Shown here: piece after piece, positions 50,754 through 59,641 of the stretch
Layout: the number at the start of each line of letters is the position of its first letter
Position numbering within the stretch: the stretch's first letter is position 1
Source of the DNA: an uncultured Chryseobacterium sp.
GTDB lineage: Bacteria > Bacteroidota > Bacteroidia > Flavobacteriales_F > PHOS-HE28
DNA length: 64,000 nt
Assembly (NCBI GenBank): GCA_964464935.1
Contig: CAYXKE010000007.1
Span: forward strand, 8,234-72,233
Reading direction: 5' to 3'
The notes under the pieces: model-generated
Databases searched by the model: none
What the model saw: the letters and a program-made list of their open reading frames with translations, nothing else
Told to the model about the DNA's origin: nothing
Translations under genes and position numbers: made by a program

Positions 50754-52448
50754 ATGGAACGCCGACTCATCGAATGTGTGCCCAACATCAGTGAAGGCCG
50801 CGACCGCGCCAAGATCGACGCCATCGCCAACGTGGTGACCACCGTGGAAGGCGTGCGCCTGCTGGACATCGATCCGGGCAAGGCCACCAACCGCACCGTG
50901 ATCACCTTCGTGGGCGAGCCCGACGCGGTGGTGGAGGCGGCGTTCCGGCTGATCGCCAAGGCGCAGGAGCTCATCGACATGCGCCAGCACAAGGGCGAGC
51001 ACCCGCGTTTCGGCGCCACCGACGTATGCCCGCTGGTGCCCATCAGCGGTGTGACGATGGAGGAATGCGCCGGGCTGGCGCGCAAGCTCGGCCAGCGCGT
51101 GGGCAACGAGCTGGGCATCCCCGTGTACCTCTACGAGGCGGCGGCCAGTGAGGAAAAGCGGCGCAACCTGGCCAACAACCGCAGCGGTGAGTACGAGGGC
51201 CTGCCGAAGAAACTGAGCGATCCCGCCTGGAAGCCCGACTTCGGCCCTGCCGCGTACAACGACAGCGTGGCACGCAGTGGGGCCATCGCCATCGGCGCGC
51301 GGAACTTCCTCGTGGCGTACAACATCAACCTCAACACCACCAGCACACGCCGCGCCAATGCCATCGCCTTCGACATCCGTGAGGCCGGCCGTGTGAAGCG
51401 CGAGGGCGATCCCCTCACCGGCAAGCCCGTGCTCGATGCCAACGGCGAACCCGTGAAGATCCCCGGCAAGCTCAAGGCGGTGAAGGGCATCGGCTGGTAC
51501 ATCGAGGAGTACGGCATCGCGCAGCTGTCGCTCAACCTCACCGACATCAGCGTGACGCCCGTGCACGTGGCCTTCGACGAGGCGTGCAAGAGCGCGGCCG
51601 AGCGCGGCATCCGTGTCACGGGCAGCGAGCTCGTGGGCCTGATCCCCAAACAGGCGCTGCTCGATGCGGCCGATTTCCACCTGCGTCGGCAGCAGCGCAG
51701 CCTGGGGATCCCCGAGCGCGAGAAGATCAAGATCGCGGTGAAGTCGCTCGGCCTGGACGATCTGGCCCCCTTCGACCCGAACAAGAAGGTGATCGAGTAC
51801 ATGCTGGAGGACCCTGCGCAGGAGCGTCTCGTGCGCATGGACCTGAAGCGGTTCAGCGAAGAGACCGCCGCGGAAAGCCCGGCCCCCGGCGGCGGCAGCG
51901 TGGCGGCCTATGTGGGAGCGCTCGGCGCCGCCCTGGGCACCATGGTGGCCAACCTCAGCGCGCACAAGCGCGGGTGGGACGACCGCTGGGAGGAGTACAG
52001 CGCCTGGGCGGAGAAGGGCGAGCGGCTGCGCATGGAGCTGCTCCACCTGGTGGACGAGGACACCCGTGCCTACGAGCGGATCATGGCGTGCTACGGCATG
52101 CCCAAAGGCACCGATGCGGAGAAGGCCGCGCGCAAGGCCGCCATCGCGGAGGCCACCAAGGGCGCCATCAACACACCGCTGCGCACCATGGAGGTGTGCG
52201 TGGCCAGCATGGAGCTGATGCGGGCCATGGCCCTCACGGGTCTGGAGGCCAGCGTGAGCGATGCGGGCGTGGGGGCGCTGTGCGCGCGCGCCGGTGCGTT
52301 GGGCGGCTATCTCAACGTGCGCATCAACTGCGCCGGGCTTGACGATGCCGCCTTCAAGGCCGATGTGCTGGCCCGCGCCGAGCAACTCAAGGCGCAGGCC
52401 GAGGCGCTGGAGGCCGAGGTGATGGCCATCACCCTGAAGAAGGTCTAA
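50754..52448 (+). CDS. ftcD: Bifunctional glutamate formimidoyltransferase / formimidoyltetrahydrofolate cyclodeaminase
   Basis: N-terminal LIECVPNISEGRD...TNRTVITFVG...HPRFGATDVCP. The C-terminal cyclodeaminase domain has PAPGGGSVAA. 564 aa from the ATG at 50754. Confidence 0.9.
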   Translation: MERRLIECVPNISEGRDRAKIDAIANVVTTVEGVRLLDIDPGKATNRTVITFVGEPDAVVEAAFRLIAKAQELIDMRQHKGEHPRFGATDVCPLVPISGVTMEECAGLARKLGQRVGNELGIPVYLYEAAASEEKRRNLANNRSGEYEGLPKKLSDPAWKPDFGPAAYNDSVARSGAIAIGARNFLVAYNINLNTTSTRRANAIAFDIREAGRVKREGDPLTGKPVLDANGEPVKIPGKLKAVKGIGWYIEEYGIAQLSLNLTDISVTPVHVAFDEACKSAAERGIRVTGSELVGLIPKQALLDAADFHLRRQQRSLGIPEREKIKIAVKSLGLDDLAPFDPNKKVIEYMLEDPAQERLVRMDLKRFSEETAAESPAPGGGSVAAYVGALGAALGTMVANLSAHKRGWDDRWEEYSAWAEKGERLRMELLHLVDEDTRAYERIMACYGMPKGTDAEKAARKAAIAEATKGAINTPLRTMEVCVASMELMRAMALTGLEASVSDAGVGALCARAGALGGYLNVRINCAGLDDAAFKADVLARAEQLKAQAEALEAEVMAITLKKV

Positions 52449-52464
52449 GCCGTCGTACCGCCCG

Positions 52465-52472
52465 TATACTTG
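52465..52472 (+). promoter_or_regulatory. Candidate -7 box TATACTTG upstream of the patatin-like gene
   Basis: CCCGTATACTTGGGGG, 35 nt before the ATG at 52508. Confidence 0.45.
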
Positions 52473-52507
52473 GGGGACATGGTGCATGCCCCGTGGGCAC
52501 CCTGTCC

Positions 52508-54874
52508 ATGAGCAGCCGCCACACATACCGCCCCTTCGCGCGGCGCATCCTCTACTTCTTCCCCGTGCAGCTGCTGTTGCTGCACCTGAAGAAGAACCAT
52601 GTGCTGTTGCTGGTGTGGGCCCTGCTCTTCGGCTATGTCACCGAGCTCATCGGGGTGAAGTACGGCCTGCCCTACCTCTTCCTGTTCCCCGAGTACTTCG
52701 GCCAGGTGGGGCCGCTGTCGTTCCTGATCACCGGATTCGCGCTGGGCGGGCTGATCACGGCCTTCAACCTGTACACCTACACGCTGCATGGCTACCGCTT
52801 CCCGTTCGTGGCCACCCTGGCGCGGCCCCTGTTGAAGTTCAACATCAACAACGCGGCGATCCCCGCGGCGTTCACGCTGGTGTACCTGTGGTGCTCGGCG
52901 CGCTTCCAGTACCACGATGAACTGCTCCCGCCCGGCCGCATCGCCATCCACCTGGCCTGCTTCCTGCTGGGCATCGCGCTATTCCTCATGCTGGCGCTGC
53001 TCTACTTCATGCGGACCAACATCGACATCGTGAAGCTTACGGGCCGGACGCTGGACGATCTGCATCGTGCTCCCGAGCACGCACCGACCCCACCGCCCGA
53101 TGCGGCCCCCAAGGACCGGCAGGAGCGGCGCCAGGCCACGCGCTGGCTGCGACGGGCGCAACGCAGTGAGAAGTGGCGGGTGGAGACCTACCTCACCCCG
53201 CGCATGCGCATCGCGCTGGCCCGCAGCAGCGCACACTACGACCGCGACCTGCTGCGCACGGTGCTGTGGCGCAACCAGGTCTACGGCGCCTACTTCGAGG
53301 TGGCCGTGCTGGTGAGCTTCGTGGTGCTCGGCGCCTTCAGCGATCACCGGTTCTTCGCCGTTCCCGCCGGGGCCAGCGCCTTCCTGCTGTTCACCATGCT
53401 GATCATGCTCATCAGCGCGCTGTTCAGCTGGTGGCAGGGATGGACCTACACGCTGCTGGTGCTGCTCGCGCTGGGCGTGCATCTGCTGAGCACGCGCACC
53501 GACCTGCTCCACGACAGCCACGCCTTCGGGATGGACCACCGGCCGCCGCCGGTGACGTACGACCGCGCGCACGTGATGGCCCTGGCCAACGACAGCGCCG
53601 CCGTGCAGCACGATACCGAGGCCACCCTGCGCATGCTGGAGGCATGGAAGCGGAACAACGTCACGCCCGATGGCCGCAAGCCGCGCCTGGTGGTCATCAA
53701 CACCAGCGGCGGTGGGCAGCGCGCCCTGCTGTGGTCGTTCCTCTGCATGCAGCGCGCGGACAGCATGCTGGGCGGTGGGTTGATGCGGCGCACCGCATTG
53801 ATCACCGGCTCATCGGGCGGTGCCATCGGCGCAGCCTACTTCCGCCAGCTGGCCCATCTGGACCGCCGCCAAGGCACCCACCTCCGCTACGATCCCGCCG
53901 TGCTGCAGGAGATCAGCAGCGACATGCTGAACCCGGTGGCCTTCAACTTCGTCACCCACGACATGTTCGTGCGCTACCGCCGCGTGCACGATGGCCCCAA
54001 GAGCTACCGCATGGACCGCGGCCACGCCTTCGACCAGCGCCTCAACGAAGTGACCCGGGGCGTGCTGAACATCCGGCTGGACGACATGGCGCAGGCCGAA
54101 CAGCAGGCCGAAACCCCCCTGCTGGTGGTGGCCCCCGCCTCCATCAACGACGGGCGCCGCGTGATCATGTCCGCATCGCCCGTGGCCTACCTGGTACAGA
54201 ACCGCCCGGCACCCGGCACACAGCACACCGGCGAGCCCGACGCGATCGAGTTCCGCCGCATGTTCGCCGCCCATGATGCGGGACAGATCACGCTCACCTC
54301 CGCGCTGCGCACCAACGCCACCTTCCCGTACATCACGCCGGTGGTGACCATGCCCAGCGAACCGCCCATGCGCCTGATGGACGCCGGCCTGCTGGACAAC
54401 CACGGCCATCGCGTCACCATGGCGTTCCTGTTCACCTTCCGCGAATGGATCGCCGCGAACACCAGCGGTGTGGTGGTGCTGCAGCTGCGCGACACGCCCA
54501 AGGGCATCGAGCCCCGCGAGGCGGGACGGTCCATGCTGGGCCGATTGCTGGCACCGATGGGTACCGTGTACGACAATGTGGTGCGCGGGCAGGACCTGGA
54601 GCACGACCGCATGATGCAGATGGCCAGCGCCTGGTCCGACTTCCCCATCACCACGGTGGAACTGGAACTGCACCGCCCGCGCGAGGAGCCGGTCTCCTTG
54701 AGCTGGCACCTCACCGCACTGGAGCGCCGCCGGGTGTTCCGCAGTCTGGACACGCCCCAGAACCACGCCGCGCTGCGTCTGTTGCAGCAGCTGGTGGAAG
54801 GCCCGGCAGTGGCGCTCACGACCGGTCGTGGTAGCGCAGCAGACCCGGCAACGGGTCCGGCTCAGCGGCCATGA
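52508..54874 (+). CDS. Patatin-like phospholipase with a large N-terminal multi-TM domain
   Basis: The N-terminal ~330 aa carry about 7 hydrophobic segments. The patatin core follows, with oxyanion motif NTSGGGQRA and nucleophile GSSGG. The track start at 52493 is GTG; the first in-frame ATG is at 52508. Confidence 0.8.
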   Translation: MSSRHTYRPFARRILYFFPVQLLLLHLKKNHVLLLVWALLFGYVTELIGVKYGLPYLFLFPEYFGQVGPLSFLITGFALGGLITAFNLYTYTLHGYRFPFVATLARPLLKFNINNAAIPAAFTLVYLWCSARFQYHDELLPPGRIAIHLACFLLGIALFLMLALLYFMRTNIDIVKLTGRTLDDLHRAPEHAPTPPPDAAPKDRQERRQATRWLRRAQRSEKWRVETYLTPRMRIALARSSAHYDRDLLRTVLWRNQVYGAYFEVAVLVSFVVLGAFSDHRFFAVPAGASAFLLFTMLIMLISALFSWWQGWTYTLLVLLALGVHLLSTRTDLLHDSHAFGMDHRPPPVTYDRAHVMALANDSAAVQHDTEATLRMLEAWKRNNVTPDGRKPRLVVINTSGGGQRALLWSFLCMQRADSMLGGGLMRRTALITGSSGGAIGAAYFRQLAHLDRRQGTHLRYDPAVLQEISSDMLNPVAFNFVTHDMFVRYRRVHDGPKSYRMDRGHAFDQRLNEVTRGVLNIRLDDMAQAEQQAETPLLVVAPASINDGRRVIMSASPVAYLVQNRPAPGTQHTGEPDAIEFRRMFAAHDAGQITLTSALRTNATFPYITPVVTMPSEPPMRLMDAGLLDNHGHRVTMAFLFTFREWIAANTSGVVVLQLRDTPKGIEPREAGRSMLGRLLAPMGTVYDNVVRGQDLEHDRMMQMASAWSDFPITTVELELHRPREEPVSLSWHLTALERRRVFRSLDTPQNHAALRLLQQLVEGPAVALTTGRGSAADPATGPAQRP

Positions 54875-55685
54875 GGGTCATGCCGCGGTCCAGCAGGCAT
54901 TCGCCCAGCACTTCGCGGAAGCCGTAGGCCACCGAGCCCGTGGCGTACACGTTGCGGCGCTGCTCGTGGCTGAAGTACTGCTCCAGCAGGTCGATGAACA
55001 GGTGGAACCGCCCGCGCAGCAGGTCCCGCACGTAGGGCTCGTGCAGGCACTGGGCCAGACGTGCGGTGTAGGCCGCCAGGGCACGCGCCGGAAAGGGCGA
55101 GCGGTACACCTGCTCCAGCACATGGTCCACATGCGGGCCCGCATCATCGAAGATCATCCCGCGCAGGTCGTCGGGCATGCGGCGGTGGATGGCGTCCTGC
55201 AGCATCATCCGCCCGATGTCGGCACCGCTGCCTTCATCGCCCAGCACCCAGCCGAGCGAAGGCATCGGGGTGTGGGTGTGCATGCCATCGTGGTAGCCGG
55301 CGTTCATGCCCGTGCCCAGGATCAGCACCAATCCGCTTTCCCGGCCCACCATCCCGCGCGCGGCACCAACGAGGTCGGTCTCCACTTCCACCGAGGCGGC
55401 CGGCCACAGGTCGTTCAGCACCTCCGCCATGGCGCTGCGACGCCCGGGGGCACCGCAGCCCGCGCCGTACACCACCACGTGCTCCGCATGGACCATGTCG
55501 GGCGCATGTGCCGCCATGGCGTCGCGCAGGTCGCTGGTGAACAGGGCCCGATCGCCGTTGAGGGGATTGAAGCCCAGCACGGGCCGGCCTTGGACGGGCA
55601 GCGCGATGCGCGCGCCGGCATCGTTCACCACCGCCCAGCGGGACGAGGACCCGCCCACCTCACCGATCACACGCGTACCGGCCAT
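54816..55685 (-). CDS. BadF/BadG/BcrA/BcrD-type ATPase (N-acetylglucosamine kinase-like)
   Basis: ASKHA-fold motifs: GEVGGSSSRW, LGTGMNAG, GWVLGDEGSGADIG. Confidence 0.75.
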   Translation of the reverse strand: MAGTRVIGEVGGSSSRWAVVNDAGARIALPVQGRPVLGFNPLNGDRALFTSDLRDAMAAHAPDMVHAEHVVVYGAGCGAPGRRSAMAEVLNDLWPAASVEVETDLVGAARGMVGRESGLVLILGTGMNAGYHDGMHTHTPMPSLGWVLGDEGSGADIGRMMLQDAIHRRMPDDLRGMIFDDAGPHVDHVLEQVYRSPFPARALAAYTARLAQCLHEPYVRDLLRGRFHLFIDLLEQYFSHEQRRNVYATGSVAYGFREVLGECLLDRGMTLMAAEPDPLPGLLRYHDRS

Positions 55686-55706
55686 GTCCTTTCCCGAAGG
55701 TAGGAC

Positions 55707-56396
55707 TTAGCGGATCGCCTCGGTGGGATTGAAGAGGAAGCGATTGGGGCTCACCAGCCCGTTCTTCACCGCGTACATCACCACGGCGGCGGTGTTGTTC
55801 ACCCCCAGCTTCTGCATGATGTTGCGGCGGTGGGTGGACACGGTGTGGGCGCTGAGGTTGAGCTCCTCGGCGATGCGGGTGTACGACTTGCCCTCGGCGA
55901 TGAGGCCGATCACCTCGCACTCACGCTCGGTGAGCACCACCGGTGCACAGGAGAGCGGCTCGGTGAGGAACTTCTGGGGGTCATAGCCCGCGCGCTCCAG
56001 CGTGGCGAGCACCTTGCCACAGAAGAATCGGTCGCCGTCGGCCGTACGGCACACGGCGTCGATGATCTCGGGGATGCCGCAGTCCTTGCGGATGTAGCTG
56101 GTGACCCCGGCGCGCACGGCACTCATCAGGGTCATGGCGCTTGGTGGCGGCGTGATGGCCACGAAGCGGGTGTGCTTTGAGCGGCGCACGCCATCGCGAA
56201 TGGCGTTGGCACCGAAGCCCTCGGCCGTGTGGTCGATCAACACCAGGTCCGGACGGCAGCGCACCAGCTGCGCCTGCAGTTCGATGGGGTCGCGGGCCAC
56301 GCCTACCAAGTCCACGCGCTCCACCTCGGAGAGGATGGCGCGCAACCCGATGAGGCTCAGCTCACTATGATCAGCAAGTAGGGTGCGGACCCGCAT
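55707..56396 (-). CDS. LuxR/NarL-family response regulator (REC + HTH); no kinase gene adjacent
   Basis: The receiver domain has a phospho-acceptor context DLVLID, plus AIT and YIRKD. The C-terminal LTERECEVIGLIAEGKSYTRIAEELNLSAHTVSTHRRNIMQKLGV is the LuxR HTH. Confidence 0.88.
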   Translation of the reverse strand: MRVRTLLADHSELSLIGLRAILSEVERVDLVGVARDPIELQAQLVRCRPDLVLIDHTAEGFGANAIRDGVRRSKHTRFVAITPPPSAMTLMSAVRAGVTSYIRKDCGIPEIIDAVCRTADGDRFFCGKVLATLERAGYDPQKFLTEPLSCAPVVLTERECEVIGLIAEGKSYTRIAEELNLSAHTVSTHRRNIMQKLGVNNTAAVVMYAVKNGLVSPNRFLFNPTEAIR

Positions 56397-56403
56397 GACG
56401 GTT

Positions 56404-56422
56404 GTTTAGAATCGGTCTAAAC
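56404..56422. promoter_or_regulatory. Perfect palindrome GTTTAGA-ATCGG-TCTAAAC in the response-regulator leader
   Basis: Read directly. It lies between the candidate -7 box (56430-56437) and the ATG (56396). Confidence 0.5.
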
Positions 56423-56429
56423 ACAGGGG

Positions 56430-56437
56430 CAAATCTA
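56430..56437 (-). promoter_or_regulatory. Perfect -7 box TAGATTTG upstream of the response regulator
   Basis: Minus strand reads CGTTAGATTTGCCCC, within a locally AT-richer 64-nt gap. Confidence 0.5.
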
Positions 56438-56460
56438 ACGATCCCGGCCGCACGTTCGGG

Positions 56461-57384
56461 TCATCGTTCTGCCACGAGGAAGGTGCCCCCCTCGTAACTG
56501 AGTGCCGTACGGGGGAAGATGGCGCGGGCCTCGTCGAGCAAGACCTGGGCATCCTTGTAGCGCGAGCTGAAATGGCCCAGCAGGAGCTCCCCCACCCCGG
56601 CCTCGCGGGCCATGGTGGCGGCCTGTGCGGCGGTGGAGTGCATGGTCTCCCGGGCCCGGGCCAGCAGCGCCTGGGTGAAGGTGGCCTCGTGGTAAAGCAG
56701 GTCCACGCCCTCCAGGTAGGGGATCAGCGCGGGCTCGAAGGCCGTGTCGGAGCAGTATGCGTAGCGGCGCGGCACGGGCGGCGGCAGGGTGAGCCCGGCG
56801 TTGGCGATCCGGCGACCGTCCGGCAGCACCACATCAGCGCCGTCCTTCACCGCATTGCGCTGGTGCGGGGGGATCAATGGCAGCATGTCGGGGCGCAGGG
56901 TACGGCGTCCGGGCCGCTCGCGGAAAACGAAGCCGGTGCAGGGCACGCGGTGGCGCAGGGCCAGGGTGCTCACCTCCACGCGGCCGTCGGTCCAGGCCAC
57001 TTCACCGGATCGGGGCACGAGCGGGTGGAAGTGCAGGGGATAGCGCAGCCAGGTCTCCGATGCGCGCAGCTGCACTTGGATCACCTCGTGGAGCACGGCC
57101 GGCCCATGCACATGCAGTTCGGTGGTGCGCCCCATGAGGTGCATGGAGCTGATCAGCCCCATGAGGCCCAGGTAGTGGTCGCCGTGCATGTGGCTGATGA
57201 ACACATGCCCGATGCGCATGAAGTTCACCCCGGCCACGCGCAGGCGCTCCTGGGTGCCCTCCCCACAGTCGATGAGGTAGAGCCCATCGTGCACGTTGAG
57301 GAGCTGCGCCGTGGGGAAGCGCCCACGGGCGGGCAGGGCCGCGCCGGTGCCCAGCGTGGTGAGTTGGAATGGGCGACCGGACAT
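56461..57384 (-). CDS. rnz: Ribonuclease Z
   Basis: LTTLGTGAALP...LIDCGEGTQ...ISHMHGDHYLGL metallo-beta-lactamase motif. The ATG at 57384 (MSGRPFQL) is chosen because the track start at 57411 would overlap the upstream terminator. Confidence 0.9.
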   Translation of the reverse strand: MSGRPFQLTTLGTGAALPARGRFPTAQLLNVHDGLYLIDCGEGTQERLRVAGVNFMRIGHVFISHMHGDHYLGLMGLISSMHLMGRTTELHVHGPAVLHEVIQVQLRASETWLRYPLHFHPLVPRSGEVAWTDGRVEVSTLALRHRVPCTGFVFRERPGRRTLRPDMLPLIPPHQRNAVKDGADVVLPDGRRIANAGLTLPPPVPRRYAYCSDTAFEPALIPYLEGVDLLYHEATFTQALLARARETMHSTAAQAATMAREAGVGELLLGHFSSRYKDAQVLLDEARAIFPRTALSYEGGTFLVAER

Positions 57385-57390
57385 GGGTGG

Positions 57391-57423
57391 AAAGAAAAGC
57401 CCCGGCCCCAATGGGACCGGGGC
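57391..57423 (-). terminator. Intrinsic terminator after the T9SS cargo gene, ending about 7 nt before the rnz ATG
   Basis: Minus strand reads GCCCCGGTCCC-ATT-GGGGCCGGGGC, an 11-bp stem with one G-U pair, followed by TTTTCTTTCCACCCATG. Confidence 0.75.
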
Positions 57424-57440
57424 CTGGCTCGGACAATGGA

Positions 57441-58196
57441 TCAGCGGCGCAGCACCATGCGGCCCGTACGGGTGCCGTGCATGGTCTCCACCTTGTAGAG
57501 GTACACGCCGTCGCTGAGGTCGCCGGCTTCGAAGACCACCTTGTTCAGCCCCGCGCGGCCGTCAACGGCACGGTCCCACACCTCCTCACCCACGAGGGTG
57601 AACACGCGCACACGGGCGGCGCTGCTCTCGGGGAGGTCGAACTCGATGGTGGTGCGTGTGCTGAAGGGGTTGGGCACGTTGCGCACCTCGTGGCGCACCT
57701 CGGTGATCTCGGTCACGCCCACGGAGTTCTCGATCACGATGCGGTAGCCGGGGAAGGAATACGGCAGGCTCAGCGGCGAACCGAAGGCCTGGCCGTGGGC
57801 CAGCACCCCGATGGTGAGGTCATAGGTACCGGGCGTGGTGGGCACACCGCTGATGAGACCGCAGCCCAGCTGACCGGAAAGGAAGGTGCAGGGGGCAGTG
57901 GTCTGGGAGTTGCAGGCCACGGACAGACCGTCGGGCAGCCCCTCGATGGCCAGCAGCGCGATGGAGTCGATGGTGGCAAAGGAGAACAGGGGGTCCACCA
58001 CACCGGCGTTGACCGGCACCTTGATGTCCATCGTCTGGGTGTAGAGCATGCCCACCGTGCCATTGGCGAAGTTCGTGGTGGTGTCGGGCCACACACCGAA
58101 CAGGCTGTCCTGGTACATCGGGTTGGGCGTGCAGGGCTGGGCGTACAGGGCCCCAGCGAGGCCGAGGGCGGCAAAGAGTGTAAAGAGTTTTTTCAT
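57441..58196 (-). CDS. Small secreted protein with a T9SS C-terminal sorting domain (251 aa)
   Basis: Signal peptide MKKLFTLFAALGLAGALYAQ, then a Cys-containing ~150-aa domain. The C-terminal domain reads VRNVPNPFSTRTTIEFDLP...VRVFTLVGEEV...LSDGVYLYKVET...GRMVLRR. Confidence 0.85.
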   Translation of the reverse strand: MKKLFTLFAALGLAGALYAQPCTPNPMYQDSLFGVWPDTTTNFANGTVGMLYTQTMDIKVPVNAGVVDPLFSFATIDSIALLAIEGLPDGLSVACNSQTTAPCTFLSGQLGCGLISGVPTTPGTYDLTIGVLAHGQAFGSPLSLPYSFPGYRIVIENSVGVTEITEVRHEVRNVPNPFSTRTTIEFDLPESSAARVRVFTLVGEEVWDRAVDGRAGLNKVVFEAGDLSDGVYLYKVETMHGTRTGRMVLRR

Positions 58197-58211
58197 ATGG
58201 GGAGTGTGGGG

Positions 58212-58583
58212 TCAGTCCTTGTCCACGTCCTTCTCGATCTCCTCCATGTAGAGGAGGTCCACCGCTTCGGACGTGGTGGGGGTGATGGAAAGCACGCTTT
58301 CCAGCTGGGAGATCTGGATGAGCTTGTGCACGGGCTCCTGGAGCCCACATACCACGAAGGAGCCGTTCACGCCTTTGCAGAGGCGGTTGGCCACCAGCAG
58401 GGCGCTCAGGCCCGAGGAGTCGCAGTATCGTGTTGCGCTCAGGTCGATGATCACATTGCGCACGCCGGTCTTGTTCAGATAGACCAGCTCGCTCTTCAAC
58501 TCCGGTGCACAGGTGGTGTCCAGCTTCTCCACATGGCTGGTCACCAGCGTGTAGCGTCCCTTGTCCTCGATCGTGAAGTTCAT
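58212..58583 (-). CDS. STAS-domain protein (anti-sigma-factor antagonist, SpoIIAA-like)
   Basis: The ATG at 58583 gives MNFTIEDKGRYTLVTSHVEKLDTTCAPELKSEL...VIIDLSATRYCDSSGLSALLVANR...LIQISQLESVL. The conserved phosphorylatable Ser context DSSGL is present. Confidence 0.8.
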   Translation of the reverse strand: MNFTIEDKGRYTLVTSHVEKLDTTCAPELKSELVYLNKTGVRNVIIDLSATRYCDSSGLSALLVANRLCKGVNGSFVVCGLQEPVHKLIQISQLESVLSITPTTSEAVDLLYMEEIEKDVDKD

Positions 58584-58645
58584 AGGCCTGGTGTTCCGGT
58601 CAAAGATATGCAGGCGACCGGATCGTGAAAGTGCGCTTGGCAGGA

Positions 58646-59632
58646 TCAACGAACGCCGTCCCGTGGGATCCGAGCGGCCAGCAGGTAAAGCACGGCCATG
58701 CGGACGGCCACGCCATTGGCCACCTGGTCCAGGATGATGCTGTTGGCGTGGTCGGCCACCGCGCTGGTGACCTCCACCCCGCGGTTGATGGGGCCCGGAT
58801 GCATGATCACCACATCGCGGCCGATGCGGCGGTAGCGCTCCAGGTCGAGCCCATAGAGCATGGCGTACTCGCGCAGGCTGGGGAAGTTGGCCACGCCGTC
58901 GCCCCCCTGCCGCTCCAGCTGGATGCGCAGCATGTTGGCCACATCGCACCAAGCCAGGGCCTTGTCCAGATCGTGCTCCACGGCCACGCCGAGGGTGTGG
59001 ATGTGGCGCGGGATCAGGGTGGCGGGGCCACAGACCATCACCTCGGCGCCCAGCTTGCGCAGGCAGAGGATGTTGCTCAGGGCCACCCGCGAGTGCAGGA
59101 TGTCGCCCACGATGGCCACCTTGACACCCTCCAGGCGGCCCAGCTCCTCTCGGATGCTGTAGGCATCGAGCAGGGCCTGGGTGGGGTGCTCGTGGGTGCC
59201 GTCGCCGGCGTTGACAATGCGGGCTTGGACCTGCCGGGCCAGGAAGCGGGCGGCACCGGGGTCGGCATGGCGCAGCACCACCATGTCCACCTTCATTGCC
59301 AGGATGTTGTTCACGGTGTCCACCAGGGTCTCGCCCTTGCTCACGCTGCTGCCGCTGGCGCTGAAGTTGATCACGTCGGCGCTGAGGCGTTTCTCGGCCA
59401 GCTCGAAGCTGATGCGGGTGCGGGTGCTGCTCTCGAAGAACAGGTTGGCGATGGTGATGTCGCGCAGCGAAGGCACCTTCTTGATGGGCCTGCCCAGCAC
59501 CTCCTTGAAGCCGTCGGCGGTGCGGAAGATCAGCTCGATATCGGCCTTGGTCAGTTCCGCGATGCCCAGCAGGTGCTCGGTGCTGAGCTGTTCGCTGACC
59601 GGTGCGTCGGAGGCGTTGCTGGGCGGTGTCAT
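58646..59632 (-). CDS. pyrB: Aspartate carbamoyltransferase catalytic subunit
   Basis: FFESSTRTR...HPTQALLD...HPGPINRG. Confidence 0.95.
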   Translation of the reverse strand: MTPPSNASDAPVSEQLSTEHLLGIAELTKADIELIFRTADGFKEVLGRPIKKVPSLRDITIANLFFESSTRTRISFELAEKRLSADVINFSASGSSVSKGETLVDTVNNILAMKVDMVVLRHADPGAARFLARQVQARIVNAGDGTHEHPTQALLDAYSIREELGRLEGVKVAIVGDILHSRVALSNILCLRKLGAEVMVCGPATLIPRHIHTLGVAVEHDLDKALAWCDVANMLRIQLERQGGDGVANFPSLREYAMLYGLDLERYRRIGRDVVIMHPGPINRGVEVTSAVADHANSIILDQVANGVAVRMAVLYLLAARIPRDGVR

Positions 59633-59641
59633 GGGCGTGTG

